Shown: piece by piece, positions 59,156 through 64,000 of the stretch
Numbering within the stretch: the stretch's first letter is position 1
How the letters are laid out: every line of letters begins with the position of its first letter
Source: the human T2T-CHM13v2.0 reference genome, Homo sapiens
Assembly (NCBI RefSeq): GCF_009914755.1
Contig: NC_060930.1
DNA: 64,000 bases
Direction: 5' to 3' (one strand)
Position numbers and translations under genes: made by a program
Notes under the pieces: generated by a model
The model's input: the letters and a program-made list of their open reading frames with translations, nothing else
Database searches by the model: none
Told to the model about the DNA's origin: nothing

Positions 59156-61304
59156 TACACGGAGGGAAGTAGTGATTGAAAAGCCTGGATGCTTGGAGAT
59201 ATGTTGGGAGAATATTATAAAAGCTAAAGACTCATTGAAAAAATTCCAGGTAGAAAAGCAGCATTTTAGGGAAAGGTTTTTAGTTTTAAATGTCAAAGAA
59301 CTTGAAAATGGAAAAACTGGATCTGGGGAGAAAGAGAAAGAAGTCATAAAGATATTAAAGGATTGAGATTTATCCACATTGACTGTGTCAGTTCCTGAGG
59401 TGAACAGCATGAGTCTTTCTGCAGCTTCAATCCCCTTCACACTTCATGGTGAAGAAAACATCCTCCATGAACATCATAGCATGGATAAAGAAGGAGGTGA
59501 GTAAAACAGAAGAAAAAGATTCTGCAGAGTTTATGCAGGAAGGATCTACAGTATTTGTCAAGACATTGGGTGGAGAGATTTGAGGGAGAGGAGACAAAGG
59601 CACTGGCAAGTCTTGAGCCCGGTGTGGCAGACACAGAAGAGATTTTGAATTCATATCTGATCGATGCAAGAATAAATCCACTCATTTATCTGTATTTGGT
59701 AAATGAATGAATGTTACATGAGTGAGCTGGTGTGAAGAAAATAGATGATAAGACTATGTGCTAGACTAAAGCAAGAGCTTGTGATTTTTTTCATTGAGAA
59801 AGAAATCTGCTTCTCATATCTGGTTTCCCTCTTTAAAGTTATGTGATCTAAGGAAAATGGTTTAACTGCTCTGAGCTTCAGTGTCATCTGTAACACTAGG
59901 GTAATAATACTTGGGGAAGCTGAAAAACTATATCGACCAACTTACATAAAAATTAATAAACAGTCAGTATAGTTTCTAGCACATAGAGCTGAAAAATTCT
60001 TGAACGTGGAGTATTGTTCACCTTTAAGGAAAATGTTCTGAAGGTCTAAGGAGAGAGATCAGTGCAGTTTTGTTGCCATTGGCTGATTTGCTCATTTGTT
60101 TTGTAGCAATAAGCTTCTGTGATGATAAAAATGAAATAAAGTTTAAAAAGTAAAATAGATGGTGGAGAAACACAATAGGGATGCATAGTAAGGTATGATT
60201 TTCTAGGCAAAATGGATTTGTACAAAAGAATGTAGTAGTAAAGGATTTGTGCCTGATTCTTGTTGTATTATTTTTGAGTCTCATTTAGCCTGTATTCTAA
60301 TTCCCCAATTGTTGTGATCCTTCTCCCAACAAGATTATTTCTTTGCACCGTGAACATTCTGGTCAGATTCTCTGCTTAACCATCTTGACCACGTGAGCAC
60401 TCATCTTTGTACTGAGACCCTGATATAGGCCCAAATGATGCCCTTCCATAGTGGCGCTTCTTGCTTTGCCCAAAGAGCATTCAATTTTTCAAGCCATTTA
60501 GGGCTCTTTCCTCACCCGGGGTCTATATGAAACCTTAGAGGGAAGCCTGTTCTCTCCAGGAAGAGAATCCCGGTGAGTTCTAACCTCAACCTGTAAATCC
60601 ACTAAGCAAGTTCCTACTGAACACGTATGATGCAAGCTCAATCCAAGAGGCCAGGGAGAAGGCAACCAAAGCAGTAGGTAATGCTTACTGAGCAGTTCCT
60701 ATTGCCCAGATCCATCTCTAGGTGCTGAGATCCAGCCGGAGAATCCTAGAGTCCTCATTTCCCATGTAAAGAAAGACTATTGGAAGAAAGGGAAGCTAAA
60801 TGATATCTTCAAGGTGACAACTTCCCTGATTCTTCTCCTGAAAAGTGAATGTGTCACCTCCACACTGCCGAGTCCTTTACTGCCTAATGACTCCCTCCCA
60901 GTAGATAATATCACATGACTTCTTGTTTATTTTTCTTTTTTGCTTCTGTCTCTTTCTCCCCACTCCCCCCAACATTGACGTAGTATCACAAAGGTGAGAA
61001 TATCTGTATTTTATTCACTGCGAATTGCTATACCCAAAACAGTCTCTTAACAAGATATGTGTTGAGAACTATCGGTTGGACGATTAAAAGAATAAAAGAC
61101 TTTACCCACCCCACCCCATAATTATGTTTGGATGACCTTCAGAGCAGGCAATTGGAAGAGAAATTTCCCCTGCCTCCCCTGTCAGCTAGAGAGGTAGACA
61201 TAAGACATAGCTTGCAGTTTCTGGTGTAATTTATATGCCTTCACCACGCCTTGTACTCAAGCGACTGAGAAGCCAAAAGAAGGAAAAAATAAATAAAGAC
61301 AGAC

Positions 61305-61360
61305 AGAGAAAGGAAAGGAAAGAAGGAAGGAAGGAAGGAAGGAAAGAAGGAAGGAAGCAA

Positions 61361-61418
<58 letters not shown>

Positions 61419-61447
61419 GAAAAAGAAAGAAAGAAAAGAAAAGAAAA
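61305..61447 (+). repeat. (GGAA)/(GAAA)n purine tract
   Basis: Direct reading; not present at the paralogous site ~53900. Confidence 0.93.
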
Positions 61448-61568
61448 CTCACTTTTAAATTTTAAGCTAATATTTGGTCTGTCTTGAAATCATTATCTCA
61501 TAGCATTTGTGTTCCATTATTTATCACACCTATTTCATTTCTCTTAATGGAAATAGCGGCATAAGCTG

Positions 61569-61641
61569 TGCCTTGTCTCATGTTCAAACTCAGGACCTTC
61601 AGAATACGAGATTGACAGGTGGCCTGCTGCTCTAAGAGAGC
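61569..61641 (-). pseudogene. decayed tRNA-Met relic
   Basis: Colinear with 5760-5832 and 54062-54134; anticodon drifted to CGT; lies in the duplicated block paralogous to 54062. Confidence 0.75.
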
Positions 61642-62260
61642 AACTGTTCCTAAGAGGTGACATCCAGATTATTAAATCTCATTTCCCACGCACTGCTGCT
61701 TTATCAATTCCTAGCTTTTAAAGAACACAATCAATGCTACTTGGAAATCACTCCTTATCAGTCAATGCTGCACTGGAAGAATTCCCCACTCAGGACAGGT
61801 GGAGTCCACCCGTTTCCAGTATTCACATAATGATAGGACCTTCTGGCTTGAGGGACCAGACACAATTGTACCTGTCTTGCTGCTTTTTTTCCTCTTGTGG
61901 CCCAGTCATCTAGCTTTTCCCTTCTTCAGAGATCTTAGTCATTCTTCCTTTCCGTAGTCTCCTTTGTTGATAAGAAACAGAGGTAGTGCTCAATTCATGA
62001 TAGTTCATTGAGTGACCAACTGAATGAATGAAGGAAGAAATAGCCTTCCAAGGTGTCTGCCATTCATACTACTCTTACTGTGTATCTACACTTGCATCTC
62101 TATGACTGGAGACATTCACTCAACAAAAAATACAAACTAAACTTTTAATCATATCCTCCCTGTTTTTCCTCATATTTTTGTGCCGTGAATTATACTAGGA
62201 GACTTAGGGAGTTTACTTGATGTAGTCTGATTGACTTTTGCCAACAAAATTATGCCTTAG

Positions 62261-62625
<365 letters not shown>

Positions 62626-62840
62626 AAGTGTTTTTTTTTTTTTTTTTTTTTTTAAATGCCAAAGCTGCTAAGTGGGAAAGCCCGAATTGAGAAGCAGATA
62701 TTTTTAGATTTTGCATGTGATTTTTTTCCCTCTGCTCCAGCTCACGGTTATTCTGCCCATTCTTTTGCACTTTAGCTCATTCACTCATACACCAAATATC
62801 TAATTCCAGACCTCCTCTTTACTTACCTTTTGGGCTTAAC

Positions 62841-63540
<700 letters not shown>

Positions 63541-64000
63541 TGATTCATTGTCTTCCATCAAACACCACATTCAATGATTTGCCAAATAATGAACATTATT
63601 CTTGCACAACTCTTTTGAATCTATCAATTACTTTCCACTCATTTAGTACATATTCACTGGGGAGATGCTCTGTGCCAGACACTGTAGTAGGATCAGGTAA
63701 TTCAGAGGAAGTATAGACACCCTAGACCTCAAAAGAAAACAAGATAAATATAGATGAGGGAAGATCCACCTCCAGATTCACCATTTTCAGTCTTTCTGTC
63801 ATTTCCAGCTAAATAATGCCTTCAAAACTCTTTCAAAATAACTAAGTCACTATTTCAAACTCTTTCAATAATAGCACCCTTCTATATGATGGACCACTCT
63901 TAATTTCCTGGTTATAACATGATCTTACTTTTCTTTTAATTTTTGTCTTTGCTTTCTGGCTAAATTTTTATTTTGCGTTATGAAGTTGATCAGATCCATT

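Overview
Primate (most likely human) non-coding genomic DNA: a tRNA gene cluster built from nested segmental duplications. From recall it resembles the chr6p22 Ala-AGC/Met-CAT/Ile-AAT cluster; this placement is inference and unchecked. No cellular protein-coding gene is supported, and the only real protein homology is the C-terminus of L1 ORF2 in a 5'-truncated L1. There are 10 full-length tRNA genes (5 Ala-AGC type, 3 elongator Met-CAT, 2 Ile-AAT) and 3 decayed tRNA relics. Architecture: (i) a large inverted duplication, 1-12225 vs 30565-42421, whose outer ~9.3 kb are almost identical; (ii) an older inner inverted repeat, 302-7514 vs 11960-20245; (iii) a direct duplication, 20246-30563 vs 43881-53364; (iv) an older direct duplication, 52457-55411 vs 59877-64000. 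Copy-specific insertions (HERV-K LTR5 solo LTR, L1PA2-like element, AluY) help order the events. Most notable details: a G46A (m7G46-site) tRNA-Met variant that is one of very few differences between the palindrome arms; a tRNA-Ala with an 8-nt anticodon loop; a tRNA-Ile that lost its T4 terminator upstream of a sense L1; a perfect 40-bp-stem hairpin with a template-switch signature; and 1.5-kb aperiodic purine-pyrimidine tracts. I found no evidence for a novel protein-based system. All comparisons were made by eye or from the ORF track.
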